From contig DATKUQ010000258.1 of NCBI GenBank assembly GCA_035530495.1, positions 1-33,586 of the forward strand: a stretch of 33,586 nt of DNA, in the 5' to 3' direction. Shown piece after piece: positions 16,049 through 25,743 of the stretch (positions are counted from its first letter, which is position 1; each line of letters starts with the position of its first letter). The position numbers were made by a program, and so were the translations under genes. A model generated the notes under the pieces. It saw only the letters and a program-made list of their open reading frames with translations. It was not told the origin of the DNA and did no database searches. This stretch comes from Burkholderiales bacterium. GTDB taxonomy: Bacteria; Pseudomonadota; Gammaproteobacteria; Burkholderiales; SG8-39.

Positions 16049-18346
16049 ATGGAAGACCCATTGCGCAAGGCCGCCCTCGACTATCACCGCCTACCCAAGC
16101 CGGGCAAGATTTCGGTCACGCCGACCAAGGGGCTGATCAACCAGCGCGACCTTGGCCTGGCCTATACGCCGGGCGTGGCCATGGCGTGCGAAGAGATCGT
16201 GCGCGATCCGGCGGAGGCGCGCTACCTGACCGCGCGCGCCAACCTGGTCGGTGTGATCACCAACGGCACGGCGGTGCTCGGGCTGGGTGCAATTGGCCCG
16301 CTCGCAGCCAAGCCGGTGATGGAAGGCAAGGCGGTGCTGTTCAAGAAGTTCGCCGGCATCGACTGCTTTGACATCGAGGTGAACGAACTCGACCCGGTCA
16401 AACTGGTGGAGGTGATCGCAGCGCTGGAGCCGACGTTCGGCGGCATCAATCTCGAGGACATCAAGGCGCCGGAATGCTTTTACGTCGAAAAGATGCTGCG
16501 CGAGCGCATGAAGATTCCGGTGTTCCACGACGATCAGCACGGCACCTCCATCATCGTCGGCGCGGCGATCCTCAACGGCCTGCGCGTGGTCGGTAAGGAT
16601 ATTGCCAAGGTGAAACTCGTGGTCTCGGGCGCGGGTGCTGCGGCGCTGGCCTGCCTCGATCTCCTGGTGAGCCTGGGCATGAACATGAACAACATATGGG
16701 TCTCCGACATCAAGGGCGTGGTGTACGCCGGGCGCAAGGAGGAGATGGACCCGAACAAGGCACGCTATGCCAAGCAGACCGACGCGCGCACCCTGGGCGA
16801 AATCATCGCCGGCGCCGATGTGTTTCTCGGCCTGTCGGCGGGCAAAGTGCTCAAGCCCGAGATGGTGAAGCAGATGGCCGACAAGCCGCTGATCCTCGCC
16901 CTCGCCAATCCGGAGCCGGAAATCCAGCCTGGCCTGGCCAAGGCGGCCCGGCCCGACGCGGTCATCGCCACCGGCCGCTCGGATTTTCCCAACCAGGTGA
17001 ACAACGTGCTTTGCTTTCCGTTCATTTTCCGCGGCGCGCTCGACGTAGGAGCCACTACCATCAACGAGGCGATGAAGCTCGCCTGCGTCCATGCCATCGC
17101 CGACCTCGCCATGGCGGAGCAGTCCGACATCGTCGCTGCAGCCTATGGCGAGAAGAACGTCGCCTTCGGGCCCGAATACCTGATCCCCAAACCCTTCGAC
17201 CCGCGCCTGATCATCAAGATTGCGCCGGCGGTCGCCAAGGCGGCGATGGACTCTGGCGTGGCCACGCGCCCGATCACCGACCTCGAGCTCTATGCCCAGC
17301 AGCTGGATGAATTCGTCTATCACTCCGGCCTGCTAATGAAGCCGGTGTTCTCGGCGGCCAAGACGGCGCTAAAAAAGCGCATCGCGCTGGCCGAAGGCGA
17401 GGACGAACGCATCCTGCGCGCCACCCAGGTCATCGTCGACGAGCACCTGGCGCGGCCCATCCTGATCGGCCGGCCGGCGGTGATCGAACGGCGCCTGGTG
17501 CGCTTTGGCCTGCGCATCAAGCCCGGCGCCGATTTCGATCTGGTCAACCCGGAGAACGACCCGCGCTACCGCGAGTACTGGGAGGAATACCACCGTCTCG
17601 CAGAGCGTCGCGGCGTGTCGCAGCATTACGCCCAGATCGAGATGCGCCGGCGCCTTACCCTCATCGGCGCCATGATGATGCACCGCGGCGCTGCCGATGG
17701 CATGCTCTGCGGCACTTTCGGTACGCACTCGCTGCACCTGCACTACGTCGATCAGGTGATCGGTCTGCGCCCGGGGGTGAAGCACTACTATGCCATGAAC
17801 GTGTTGCTGCTGCCCAAGCGTACGGTGTTCATTTGCGACACCTATGTCAATTTCGATCCCAGCGCGGAGCAGGTGGCCGAGATGGCGGTGCTGGCGGCGG
17901 AGGAAATACGCCGCTTCGGCATCACCCCGAAGGCGGCGCTGCTGTCGCATTCGAGCTTCGGCACCAGCGAGCAGCCCACCGCGGTGAAGATGCGTGAGGC
18001 ACTGGCGCTGATCCAGGCGAGGGCCCCGGAACTCGAGATTGACGGCGAGATGCACGGCGATGCGGCTCTGTCCGAGGACGTGCGTGGCGCCGCGTTCCCG
18101 CATTCACGCCTGAGGGGCGAAGCGAATCTGCTGCTCATGCCGACCCTGGACGCGGCCAATATCGCCTTCAATCTGCTCAAGACGGCCGCCGGCGACGGCA
18201 TTGCGCTCGGACCGATCCTGCTCGGTTCGGCCAAGCCGGTGCATATACTTACGCCCTCGGCGACGGTGCGGCGCATCGTCAACATGGCGGCATTGACGGT
18301 GGTGGACGCAAACGCGGCGCGCAGCCAGTTGCAGCTTTCGATTTAG
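16049..18346 (+). CDS. maeB: NADP-dependent malic enzyme with a C-terminal phosphotransacetylase-like domain (765 aa)
   Basis: It has [30 protein letters not shown] and LANPEPEI, followed by a roughly 330-aa PTA-like C-terminal domain. The ATG at 16049 is preceded by AGGAAAAA. Confidence 0.9.
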   Translation: MEDPLRKAALDYHRLPKPGKISVTPTKGLINQRDLGLAYTPGVAMACEEIVRDPAEARYLTARANLVGVITNGTAVLGLGAIGPLAAKPVMEGKAVLFKKFAGIDCFDIEVNELDPVKLVEVIAALEPTFGGINLEDIKAPECFYVEKMLRERMKIPVFHDDQHGTSIIVGAAILNGLRVVGKDIAKVKLVVSGAGAAALACLDLLVSLGMNMNNIWVSDIKGVVYAGRKEEMDPNKARYAKQTDARTLGEIIAGADVFLGLSAGKVLKPEMVKQMADKPLILALANPEPEIQPGLAKAARPDAVIATGRSDFPNQVNNVLCFPFIFRGALDVGATTINEAMKLACVHAIADLAMAEQSDIVAAAYGEKNVAFGPEYLIPKPFDPRLIIKIAPAVAKAAMDSGVATRPITDLELYAQQLDEFVYHSGLLMKPVFSAAKTALKKRIALAEGEDERILRATQVIVDEHLARPILIGRPAVIERRLVRFGLRIKPGADFDLVNPENDPRYREYWEEYHRLAERRGVSQHYAQIEMRRRLTLIGAMMMHRGAADGMLCGTFGTHSLHLHYVDQVIGLRPGVKHYYAMNVLLLPKRTVFICDTYVNFDPSAEQVAEMAVLAAEEIRRFGITPKAALLSHSSFGTSEQPTAVKMREALALIQARAPELEIDGEMHGDAALSEDVRGAAFPHSRLRGEANLLLMPTLDAANIAFNLLKTAAGDGIALGPILLGSAKPVHILTPSATVRRIVNMAALTVVDANAARSQLQLSI

Positions 18347-18353
18347 CGCTTGC

Positions 18354-19493
18354 ATGGAACCGGCCAGAACCAAAGCCGGCCTGATACTTACCGGCGGCGG
18401 TGCGCGCGCCGCCTACCAGGTGGGCGTGCTCAAGGCGATCCGCGACTTGTTGCCCGACCAGGCGAAGAATCCCTTTCCCATACTGTGCGGGACCTCGGCC
18501 GGCGCCGTCAACGCTGCGGTGCTGGCAATCCACGCCGACGATTTTCGCCGCGGCGTGGGTCATCTGCTGGAGGTGTGGGAGAACTTCCATGTGGAGCGCG
18601 TCTATCGCGCCGATCCCTGGTCCATGCTCAAGACCAGCGCGCGCTGGTTTGCGTCGATGCTCTGGATCAAACGCAACAGCCCGGCGTCGCTGTTCGACAA
18701 CGCGCCGATGCGCGAGATGCTGGAGAAGACGCTGGACTTCGCGCGCATCCAGGAAAACATCGACGCCGGCGCGCTGTATGCGGTGTCGGTCACGGCCTCC
18801 GGCTATTCCTCCGGGGAGAACGTTTCCTTTTACCAGGGCGGCCCCGGACTGGAGGCCTGGGAGCGCACCCAGCGCCTGGGCGCGGCGACCACGCTGGACG
18901 TCGACCACTTGATGGCGTCCTCGGCCTTGCCTTTTCTTTTTCCCGCGGTGAAGCTCAACCGCGAATACTTCGGCGACGGTTCGATTCGCCAGATTGCGCC
19001 CATCAGTCCGGCGCTGCACCTGGGCGCCGAGCGCGTGCTGGTGATCGGCACGGGGCGGGCGCAGGCGGAGGCGGCACGGGTGCGCTCCAGCCTCTATCCT
19101 TCGATTGCGCAAATCGCCGGCCACGCGCTGAACAGCATCTTCCTCGACGGGCTGGCGGTCGATCTGGAACTCGTGCAGCGCATCAACCGCACGGTCAGCC
19201 TGATACCGGAGGATAAGCGGCTGGCGGCCGGCTTGCACCTGCGCCCGGTCGAGGTGCTGGTGATCTCGCCGAGCGAGTCGATCGAGCGTATAGCCGGCCG
19301 GCACGTGCAGGCCTTGCCGCGCACGCTGAAATTCGTGCTCAGCGGCATCGGCGCAATGAACCGCAGCGGGGCCAACCTGGCGAGCTATCTGCTGTTCGAG
19401 GACGCGTATTGCAGCGCCCTCATCGACCTGGGCTATCGGGACACCTACGCCCAGCGCGACGCGGTGGAGAAGTTCCTGGACGCCGGTCAATGA
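18354..19493 (+). CDS. Patatin-like phospholipase family protein (379 aa)
   Basis: It has the oxyanion motif LTGGGARAAYQVG, the nucleophile elbow GTSAG and the catalytic Asp motif GDGS. It starts 8 nt after the maeB stop. Confidence 0.85.
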   Translation: MEPARTKAGLILTGGGARAAYQVGVLKAIRDLLPDQAKNPFPILCGTSAGAVNAAVLAIHADDFRRGVGHLLEVWENFHVERVYRADPWSMLKTSARWFASMLWIKRNSPASLFDNAPMREMLEKTLDFARIQENIDAGALYAVSVTASGYSSGENVSFYQGGPGLEAWERTQRLGAATTLDVDHLMASSALPFLFPAVKLNREYFGDGSIRQIAPISPALHLGAERVLVIGTGRAQAEAARVRSSLYPSIAQIAGHALNSIFLDGLAVDLELVQRINRTVSLIPEDKRLAAGLHLRPVEVLVISPSESIERIAGRHVQALPRTLKFVLSGIGAMNRSGANLASYLLFEDAYCSALIDLGYRDTYAQRDAVEKFLDAGQ

Positions 19494-19539
19494 AATTCGA
19501 TTAAACTTGCACCCTCCCATCCTGGATCGAGGAGTCGCC

Positions 19540-19932
19540 ATGTCCGAGCCGCTGCCGGATCCGTTCGAGTTCCTGAAGAAGCTGTGGAATCCCATGGGAT
19601 TGCCGATGCCAGGCATGGTCGCACCGACGCTCGACGTCGAGGCCGTGGAAAAAAAGATCGCCGATCTTAAATCGGTGGAGAACTGGCTCACGCTCAACCT
19701 CAATATGCTGCGCCTGTCGATCCAGGGGCTGGAGATGCAGCGGAGTACGCTGGCGGCGATGAAAGCGATGCAGCCCGCACCGGCCGGCACAGACGCGGAG
19801 GCGGGAAAGAATCCCTTCCCTGATCCGGCCGCCTGGTTGGCCATGATGCAGGCGGCCGCCGCTGGTGCCGCGGCCAATCCGGCCGAGACGAAACCGGCAG
19901 GGGCAACGCCGGCCAAGGGCAAACCCAAATAG
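19540..19932 (+). CDS. PhaM-like protein (PHA-granule regulatory protein family, short form), 130 aa
   Basis: A GAGGAG SD precedes the ATG at 19540. The conserved core VAPTLDVEAVEKKIADLKSVENWLTLNLNMLRLSIQGLEMQRSTLAAM resembles the PhaM-family core as I remember it (VAPTL.VEE.EKRI.ELK.V..WL...IQ.LE.Q..TLA). The Ala/Pro-rich tail ends PAKGKPK. Confidence 0.55.
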   Translation: MSEPLPDPFEFLKKLWNPMGLPMPGMVAPTLDVEAVEKKIADLKSVENWLTLNLNMLRLSIQGLEMQRSTLAAMKAMQPAPAGTDAEAGKNPFPDPAAWLAMMQAAAAGAAANPAETKPAGATPAKGKPK

Positions 19933-20081
19933 GAAGCGATGCCGCCGATCGGGTTCGCGCGCGCCTGGATCGAGGCAGATTTTTCGCGGTAACATGGCGC
20001 TCCGCTTCGGTTCGGACAGTATGGTCCTAGCGCGACCTGTCCGTGAATTTTCGTAAACCTTTCTCTTGTCGGGAACAGAAC

Positions 20082-21056
20082 ATGTCAAAAGCGATCCGAA
20101 TACACAAACAAGGCGGGCCCGAGGTCATGCTGTGGGAAGACGTCGAGGTGGGCGAACCCGGGCCGGGCCAGGCGCGCGTGCGCCACCATGCCTGCGGCCT
20201 GAATTACATCGATGTCTATCACCGCTCCGGGCTGTACCCACTGCAGGTACCCAGCGGCATCGGCTTGGAGGCGGCCGGCGTGGTCGAGGCGGTGGGTGAG
20301 GGCGTGAGCAACGTCAAGAAGGGCGACCGCGTGGCCTATGCCGCGCCGCCCATTGGCGCTTATGCCGAGGTGCGGCTCATGACCGCCGACCGGCTGGTGA
20401 ATCTGCCCGATGGCCTGACGTTTGACCAGGGCGCGGCGATGATGCTGCAGGGCATGACGGCGCAATATCTGCTCAAGCGCACCTACAAGGTCCAGCCGGG
20501 CGACACCATCCTCATCCATGCTGCGGCCGGCGGCGTGGGCCTGATCGTCTGCCAGTGGGCAAAAGCGCTCGGCGCCACGGTGATCGGCACCGTCGGTTCG
20601 GACCAGAAGGCGGCGCTGGCGAAGGCGCACGGCTGCGACCACACTATCGTCTATACGCACGAGAATTTCGCCGAGCGGGTGAAGACGATCACCGGCGGCG
20701 CGCTGCTGCCGGTGGTGTACGACTCGATCGGCAAGGATACCTTCGTCGGGTCGCTCGACTGCCTGCGTCCGCTCGGCATGATGGTGAGCTTCGGCAACGC
20801 TTCGGGCCCGGTGCCGGCCTTCGACTCGGGCCTCCTCGCCTCGCGCGGCTCGCTGTTTTTCACGCGGCCCAGCCTGATGCATTACACCGCGAAACGCGAG
20901 GATCTGGTGGCATCGGCCAAGGACCTTTTCGACATCGTGCTGTCCGGCAAAGTGAAAATCGAGGTGCCGCAGCGCTACGCGCTCAAGGACGCGGTGCAGG
21001 CGCACCGGGATCTGGAAGCGCGCAAGACCACCGGCTCGACACTGCTCATTCCCTGA
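20082..21056 (+). CDS. qor: NADPH:quinone oxidoreductase (zeta-crystallin/MDR family), 324 aa
   Basis: It has GLNYIDVYHRSGLYP, GLEAAGVVEAVGEGV and the nucleotide-binding motif HAAAGGVGL. Confidence 0.85.
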   Translation: MSKAIRIHKQGGPEVMLWEDVEVGEPGPGQARVRHHACGLNYIDVYHRSGLYPLQVPSGIGLEAAGVVEAVGEGVSNVKKGDRVAYAAPPIGAYAEVRLMTADRLVNLPDGLTFDQGAAMMLQGMTAQYLLKRTYKVQPGDTILIHAAAGGVGLIVCQWAKALGATVIGTVGSDQKAALAKAHGCDHTIVYTHENFAERVKTITGGALLPVVYDSIGKDTFVGSLDCLRPLGMMVSFGNASGPVPAFDSGLLASRGSLFFTRPSLMHYTAKREDLVASAKDLFDIVLSGKVKIEVPQRYALKDAVQAHRDLEARKTTGSTLLIP

Positions 21057-21165
21057 GAAGCCCCGGGCGACGCGTTCGCCGGCGACGCCGGAACCGGTCA
21101 GCCGGCGGTAACACTCCGGCGCCGGTTCGGCCGGGCTCATGCGGATTTCGGGCTACAATTGATCG

Positions 21166-21795
21166 ATGAACTCTGACGCAAGCGGCGTGCAGGAAATCGT
21201 CAGCCGCGCAAGCGAAGCCTGGCTGCGACAGCGCTTCGCCGGCGGCCAAACCGTGGCGCCGGTCGCTGCAGGAGACGGTCATCTGTGGCGCCCGGCCGAG
21301 GCCTTGCGGCCGGCGGCGGTACTGGTGCCGGTGGTTCGACGCGACGCCGGGCTTACCGTCTTGTTTACCCGGCGCACCGACCACCTGTACGACCACGCCG
21401 GCCAGATCAGCTTTCCCGGAGGCCGCGCGGCCCAGGATGAATCGCCCGCAGCGACGGCCTTGCGCGAAACCTTCGAGGAAATCGGCCTGCCACGCTCCCT
21501 GGTGGAGCTGCTGGGGCAGCTGCCCGAGTACACCACGGTAACGGGATACCGTGTCACCCCTGTAGTGGGACTGGTGAGTCCGCCGCCGGCGTTCAAGCTG
21601 GATTCGTTCGAAGTGGCGGAGGCGTTCGAGGTGCCCTTGGCGTTTGTTCTCGATCCGCGCAATCATCAGCGCAACACCCTGCAGTACCAGGGCCGCACAC
21701 GGCATTACTACGCCATACCCTATGAACAGCGCTATATCTGGGGTGCCACGGCGGGAATGCTGATGAATCTCTGTGCGTTTCTGAGCGCGTGCTAG
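21166..21795 (+). CDS. Nudix-family CoA pyrophosphatase (209 aa)
   Basis: The Nudix box is GGRAAQDESPAATALRETFEEIGL. It is preceded by LFTRRTDHLYDHAGQISFPGG, which closely matches the NuCoA motif LLTxR[SA]x3Rx3Gx3FPGG. Confidence 0.8.
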   Translation: MNSDASGVQEIVSRASEAWLRQRFAGGQTVAPVAAGDGHLWRPAEALRPAAVLVPVVRRDAGLTVLFTRRTDHLYDHAGQISFPGGRAAQDESPAATALRETFEEIGLPRSLVELLGQLPEYTTVTGYRVTPVVGLVSPPPAFKLDSFEVAEAFEVPLAFVLDPRNHQRNTLQYQGRTRHYYAIPYEQRYIWGATAGMLMNLCAFLSAC

Positions 21796-21945
21796 CCGGA
21801 CGGCGGCGGGTTCCGCAGTGCGGGTTTTCGCGTGAACTCTAAGATTGCAAGCCCCATGCGTTTGAGCAGCCGTAGTGCCTATGGTATCTTCGCCTATGTT
21901 CCCTGTCGCTTTTGACCGCGCCGTTCCGGGAGTCTTGCCTTCCCC

Positions 21946-22869
21946 ATGAGCCTCGTCTCGCTGATCATCGCCCTGCTGCTGGAGCAGTGGCGGCCGCTGG
22001 CCGACCGCAAGGAACTGGTGTCCTGGGCCACACGTTTTGCCGATTTCCTGCAGCAGCACTTCAATGCCGGCGAGCGCGGACACGGGGTGATCGCGTGGGT
22101 GCTGGGTGTGGTGCCGGCAATACTGCTGGCCGCGCTTGCCTATTACCTGCTGCATCGACTGTCGCCGCTGCTGGCGCTGGCTTTCAACGTGCTCATACTC
22201 TACGTGACCATGGGGTTTCGCCAGGTCGGCCATTATTTCACCGACATTCATTGGGCGCTGAAGAGCGGCGATCTGGATCAGGCGCGTGCCATCCTGGGCC
22301 AGTGGCGCGGCGCGAGCTGCGAGCGCTTGAACGCGGAGGAAGTGGCCCGTCTCACCATCGAGGAAGCGCTGACGGCTTCGTACCAGCATGTGTTCGCCGT
22401 GGTGTTCTGGTTCGTGCTGCTGCCCGGGCCGATGGGGGCGATCCTCTACCGGATGTCGGCCTTCCTGCATCGGCGTTGGGCCGAGGGCGGCGACAGCGAA
22501 CTCGCCGCGTTCGGCAGCTTCGCCGGCCAGGTTTTCCGTCTGCTCGACTGGATCCCTGCGCGGCTGACGGGGATCGCCTTTGCTGTCGTCGGCGATTTCG
22601 AGGACGCGGCCTATTGCTGGCGCACGCAGGCGGCGAAATGGCCCGACCCCTCGCTTGGCGTCGTTCTTGCCAGCGGTGCCGGCGCCATGGGCGTGCGCCT
22701 GGGCATGCCTTTTCTCTCGGAGGTGAGTCCGCTCGACCGGCCGGAGCTGGGTCTCGGGGACGACGCCGACGTGGGTTTTCTCGACAGCACCATCGGCCTG
22801 GTCTGGCGCGCGCTGGTCGTAATCCTGTTCATATTGCTGCTGCTGGGCATTGCGCGGGCGTTGAGCTAG
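21946..22869 (+). CDS. CobD/CbiB-family polytopic membrane protein, AmpE-like (307 aa)
   Basis: The N-terminus LIIALLLEQWRPL and the motif LLDWIPARLTGIAFAVVG parallel E. coli AmpE (LDWVPVRLAGVVYALIG). GAMGVRLG is CbiB-like. Several hydrophobic helices are present. Confidence 0.65.
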   Translation: MSLVSLIIALLLEQWRPLADRKELVSWATRFADFLQQHFNAGERGHGVIAWVLGVVPAILLAALAYYLLHRLSPLLALAFNVLILYVTMGFRQVGHYFTDIHWALKSGDLDQARAILGQWRGASCERLNAEEVARLTIEEALTASYQHVFAVVFWFVLLPGPMGAILYRMSAFLHRRWAEGGDSELAAFGSFAGQVFRLLDWIPARLTGIAFAVVGDFEDAAYCWRTQAAKWPDPSLGVVLASGAGAMGVRLGMPFLSEVSPLDRPELGLGDDADVGFLDSTIGLVWRALVVILFILLLLGIARALS

Positions 22870-22893
22870 CCGCGCTATCGCTGCGGCGTGTCT

Positions 22894-23208
22894 TTAGATT
22901 TGCGGCCGTGGCGCGCCGCAACGCCAGCACGCGCTGAATTGGCCTTCCAGCGCCTCGCCGCACTCAGGGCAGCGCCACGAAGGCCCGGCCACGGGAGCGC
23001 GGTCGAAGTCGGCGACAATGCGCTTGGCCCGGTCGAAGTCGCGATCGTCCAGCAGCCACAACTCGGGCGCGCATTCGGTGAACGGGATATCGCCGGCAAG
23101 CCGGCTGAGCAACTCGTTCTTGAGGTGACAGCGGATGCCTTCGGCCTCGAGCAGGTTCTTCAGGTGGTGGACCTCGAGCAGCTTGAGCGAACTGTAGAGC
23201 AATCGCAT
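22894..23208 (-). CDS. DUF2007-type small protein with a C-terminal CxxC...CxxC zinc ribbon (104 aa)
   Basis: The N-terminal segment LEVHHLKNLLEAEGIRCHLKN...DRDFDRAKRIV fits DUF2007 (putative signal-transducing protein). The C-terminus reads WRCPECGEALEGQFSACWRCG. It starts 2 nt after the rsgA stop. Confidence 0.6.
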   Translation of the reverse strand: MRLLYSSLKLLEVHHLKNLLEAEGIRCHLKNELLSRLAGDIPFTECAPELWLLDDRDFDRAKRIVADFDRAPVAGPSWRCPECGEALEGQFSACWRCGAPRPQI

Positions 23209-23210
23209 GG

Positions 23211-24083
23211 CTATTTACGGCCGGTTTCGGCGCGGATGATGCGGCGGAACATCTCCAGCCGGCGCGGGTGTATCGCTCCTGCTTCCGCCGCTTGCGCCAG
23301 GGCGCAGCCCGGCTCGCTCAGGTGGCGGCAGTTTTGAAAACGGCACTGCCCGAGAAAGTCGCGGAATTCGACAAATCCCGCTTCGATGTCCTGCTGCGCC
23401 AGGTGATGCAGGCCGAACTCCTGCAGACCGGGGCAATCGATGAGGGTGGTGTCGGCTTCCAGCCGGTACAGCCTGGCCTGGGTCGTCGTGTGGCGGCCTG
23501 AGGCGAGAAAGGCGGAAATTTCCCTGGTGGCGACATGTGCGTCCGGAAGCAGGGCGTTGATGATGGTCGACTTGCCCATGCCGGACTGGCCTACCAGCAC
23601 GCTAGCATGGTGCGCGAGCAGCGGGCGTAAGGGCTCCGCCCCCGCCAGCGCCGACAGTTCGACCACGCGATAGCCGGCTTGGATGTAGGGTGCGAGCCGC
23701 GCCAATGCCGCTGCGGCGGCTTCCTTGAGGTCGCACTTGTTAAGCAGGATCAGAGCGCGCATGCCCTGATCTTCGGCCGCCACCAGGCAGCGGTTGATCA
23801 ATTCCTCGCTGAAGCTGGGCTCGGCAGCGACCACAATGGCGAGTTGGGACACGTTCGCCGCGATCAGCTTTTGCCGGTGCGCGGCAGAGCGCGAGAACAG
23901 GGTGGAGCGCGGATCCACCGCCTCGATCACGCCCTGCTCGACGGCGGTGCGTGCGAACATCACGCGGTCGCCGCATGCAACCGCGCTCTGTTTTCCGCGC
24001 GGAAAGCAGGCGAATCGGGCGCCATCGCCGGTTTCGACCAAGTAGTGGCGGCCATGGGCTGCGATCACCTGACCCGCAAGCAT
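23211..24083 (-). CDS. rsgA: Ribosome small-subunit-dependent GTPase A (290 aa)
   Basis: The GTPase is circularly permuted: NKCDL (G4) comes before GQSGMGKST (G1). The zinc motif CRFQNCRHLSEPGC is present. The ATG at 24083 is preferred because it shares one nt with the upstream TGA (TGATG). An in-frame TTG at 24095 is the alternative. Confidence 0.9.
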   Translation of the reverse strand: MLAGQVIAAHGRHYLVETGDGARFACFPRGKQSAVACGDRVMFARTAVEQGVIEAVDPRSTLFSRSAAHRQKLIAANVSQLAIVVAAEPSFSEELINRCLVAAEDQGMRALILLNKCDLKEAAAAALARLAPYIQAGYRVVELSALAGAEPLRPLLAHHASVLVGQSGMGKSTIINALLPDAHVATREISAFLASGRHTTTQARLYRLEADTTLIDCPGLQEFGLHHLAQQDIEAGFVEFRDFLGQCRFQNCRHLSEPGCALAQAAEAGAIHPRRLEMFRRIIRAETGRK

Positions 24084-24418
24084 CAAATCCGGCAAAGCGC
24101 CTCGATTTTGGCCGCACAGATGAAATCATTCTCCGAAATGCCGCCGACGGAGTGGGTGCTGAACGCGACGCGGCATTTGTCGTAGCCCACCAGCATGTCC
24201 GGGTGATGATCCTCGCGCTGCGCGATCCAGGCGACGGCATTCACGAAAGCGATGGTCTCGGCGTAGTTCCCGAATGCAAAGGTCTTGCTGATGGCGCCTT
24301 CCGCGTACGCCCACCCTGGCAGCTGCGCCAGGCCGGCGTCGATCTGTGCCCGCGCCAGCGGCGGTGTGCCCGCGGGCAGCGGGCGGCAGCTTCCAAGCTG
24401 GAACTCGTCGGCGTTCAT
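24083..24418 (-). CDS. phhB: Pterin-4-alpha-carbinolamine dehydratase (PCD/DCoH family), 111 aa
   Basis: The signature DHHPDMLVGY-x9-H-x8-D (EDHHPDMLVGYDKCRVAFSTHSVGGISEND) is present. The ATG overlaps the M48 gene stop (ATGA at 24415-24418). Confidence 0.85.
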   Translation of the reverse strand: MNADEFQLGSCRPLPAGTPPLARAQIDAGLAQLPGWAYAEGAISKTFAFGNYAETIAFVNAVAWIAQREDHHPDMLVGYDKCRVAFSTHSVGGISENDFICAAKIEALCRI

Positions 24419-25683
24419 GCGGGCTGCGGCTGCGCCTGCAGCCGGGCGCCCTGCAACCGGGCGATGCGCAACAGTGCCGGCGGATGTGAATCGTAGAAGG
24501 CCGAATACAAGGGATCGGGCGTGAGCGTGGCGGCGTTGTCCTGATACAGCTTCACCAGCGCGTGAATCAGGTCGGCGGGGATCGCATGGCGCGCGGCATA
24601 GGCGTCGGCTTCGTACTCATGCTTGCGCGAATACAGGCTGCCGAGCGGGTGCAGAAGGAAGGTAAACACCGGCACCACCAGGAAGAACAGCAACAAGGCG
24701 AGCGCGGTCGAATGCGACTGCACATTGAGGCCGGCATAGAACCAATCCTGCTTCATCGCGTAACCGAGCAGCCAGAGAAACGCCAGGCTCATCGCGAACA
24801 AGGCTGCCATGCGCTTCCATACGTGGTGGTACTTGAAATGCCCCAGCTCATGCGCCAGCACGGCCTCGATCTCCGCCGGTGCCAGGCGCGCGATCAGGGT
24901 GTCGAACAGCACGATGCGCTTGGCCGCGCCAAACCCGGTGAAATAGGCATTGCCGTGGCTGGAGCGGCGCGAGCTGTCCATCACGAACAGCCCCTGCGCC
25001 CTGAAGCCGCACTTGGCCAGCAGCGCCTCGATGCGGCTCTTGAGCGCTGCGTCCTCCAGCGGCGTGAATTTGTTGAACAACGGCGCGATCAGAGTCGGGT
25101 AGACGGTGAGCACCAGCAGATTGAACGCCATCCAGGTGACCCAGACATACAGCCACCATTGCTCACCCATGCGCTGCATCAGCCACAACACGCACACGAG
25201 CAGCGGCAAACCCAGCGCCGCAGCGAGCAGCATCTGCTTGGCGAGGTCGGCGAAGAACAGCCCCGGAGTCATCTTGTTGAAGCCGAAGCGCGCTTCGATG
25301 ACGAAGGTGCGATACAGCGACAGCGGCAGGTCGACGAGGCCGGAGATCAGGGCGACGCTGGCGATGAGGGCGATGCCCTGCGCATAGCTGCCGGCAGCGA
25401 AGGCACGCGAGCACAGATCATGCAGCGCCTGCAGCGCACCGCCCAGGGTGAGCACCAGCAAGAACAGCGCGCCGATCAGCAGATCGATTATGCCCAGCCG
25501 CGTCTTGTCGATGCTGTAATCGGCTGCTTTCTGGTGTGCGGCGAGGCTGATGTGCTGCGAGAAGTCGGCGGGCACTTGGTCGCGGCAGCGCGCGATGTGC
25601 CGGATGTGGCGCCGGGCCAGCCACAGGCGCAGGCCCAGGGTGAGCACGAGTGCTGCAAGAAAAACGGCGGTAAAAGTCTGCAT
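24415..25683 (-). CDS. Ste24-type M48 family zinc metallopeptidase, polytopic membrane protein (422 aa)
   Basis: It has the HEXXH motif HELGHFKYHH, the M48 N-terminal-domain motif HQKAADYSIDKTR and several TM helices. The ATG at 25683 (MQTFTAVF...) is preferred over the in-frame TTG at 25716. Neither start has a clear SD. Confidence 0.85.
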   Translation of the reverse strand: MQTFTAVFLAALVLTLGLRLWLARRHIRHIARCRDQVPADFSQHISLAAHQKAADYSIDKTRLGIIDLLIGALFLLVLTLGGALQALHDLCSRAFAAGSYAQGIALIASVALISGLVDLPLSLYRTFVIEARFGFNKMTPGLFFADLAKQMLLAAALGLPLLVCVLWLMQRMGEQWWLYVWVTWMAFNLLVLTVYPTLIAPLFNKFTPLEDAALKSRIEALLAKCGFRAQGLFVMDSSRRSSHGNAYFTGFGAAKRIVLFDTLIARLAPAEIEAVLAHELGHFKYHHVWKRMAALFAMSLAFLWLLGYAMKQDWFYAGLNVQSHSTALALLLFFLVVPVFTFLLHPLGSLYSRKHEYEADAYAARHAIPADLIHALVKLYQDNAATLTPDPLYSAFYDSHPPALLRIARLQGARLQAQPQPA

Positions 25684-25743
25684 CTGGCTGAAATATGACA
25701 CAATAAAGCCCCTCAATCAATCGAACCCGGAAACCCCCGCAGC

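Noticed and set aside
18354-19493. The patatin-like phospholipase as a possible CBASS-type or other defence effector.
   Set aside because: No cyclase, nucleotidyltransferase, sensor or other defence partner lies nearby. The gene sits 8 nt after maeB in a housekeeping context, and its motifs fit the generic RssA/YchK-type family.
16091-22470. Long antisense or alternative-frame ORFs: 16091-17323, 17369-18103, 18279-19928, 20085-21140, 21046-22470 and 21912-22937.
   Set aside because: Each overlaps a motif-supported gene (maeB, patatin-like, PhaM-like, qor, Nudix, CobD-like). The translations are Arg/Gly/Ala/Pro-rich with no motifs.
24562-25698. A 378-aa plus-strand ORF opposite the M48 protease gene. 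Similar cases are 29526-30590 and 29353-30696 around the CoA-transferase gene, and 5510-6433 opposite the PilS-like gene.
   Set aside because: These are shadow ORFs of genes with clear catalytic motifs. There is no independent support for them.
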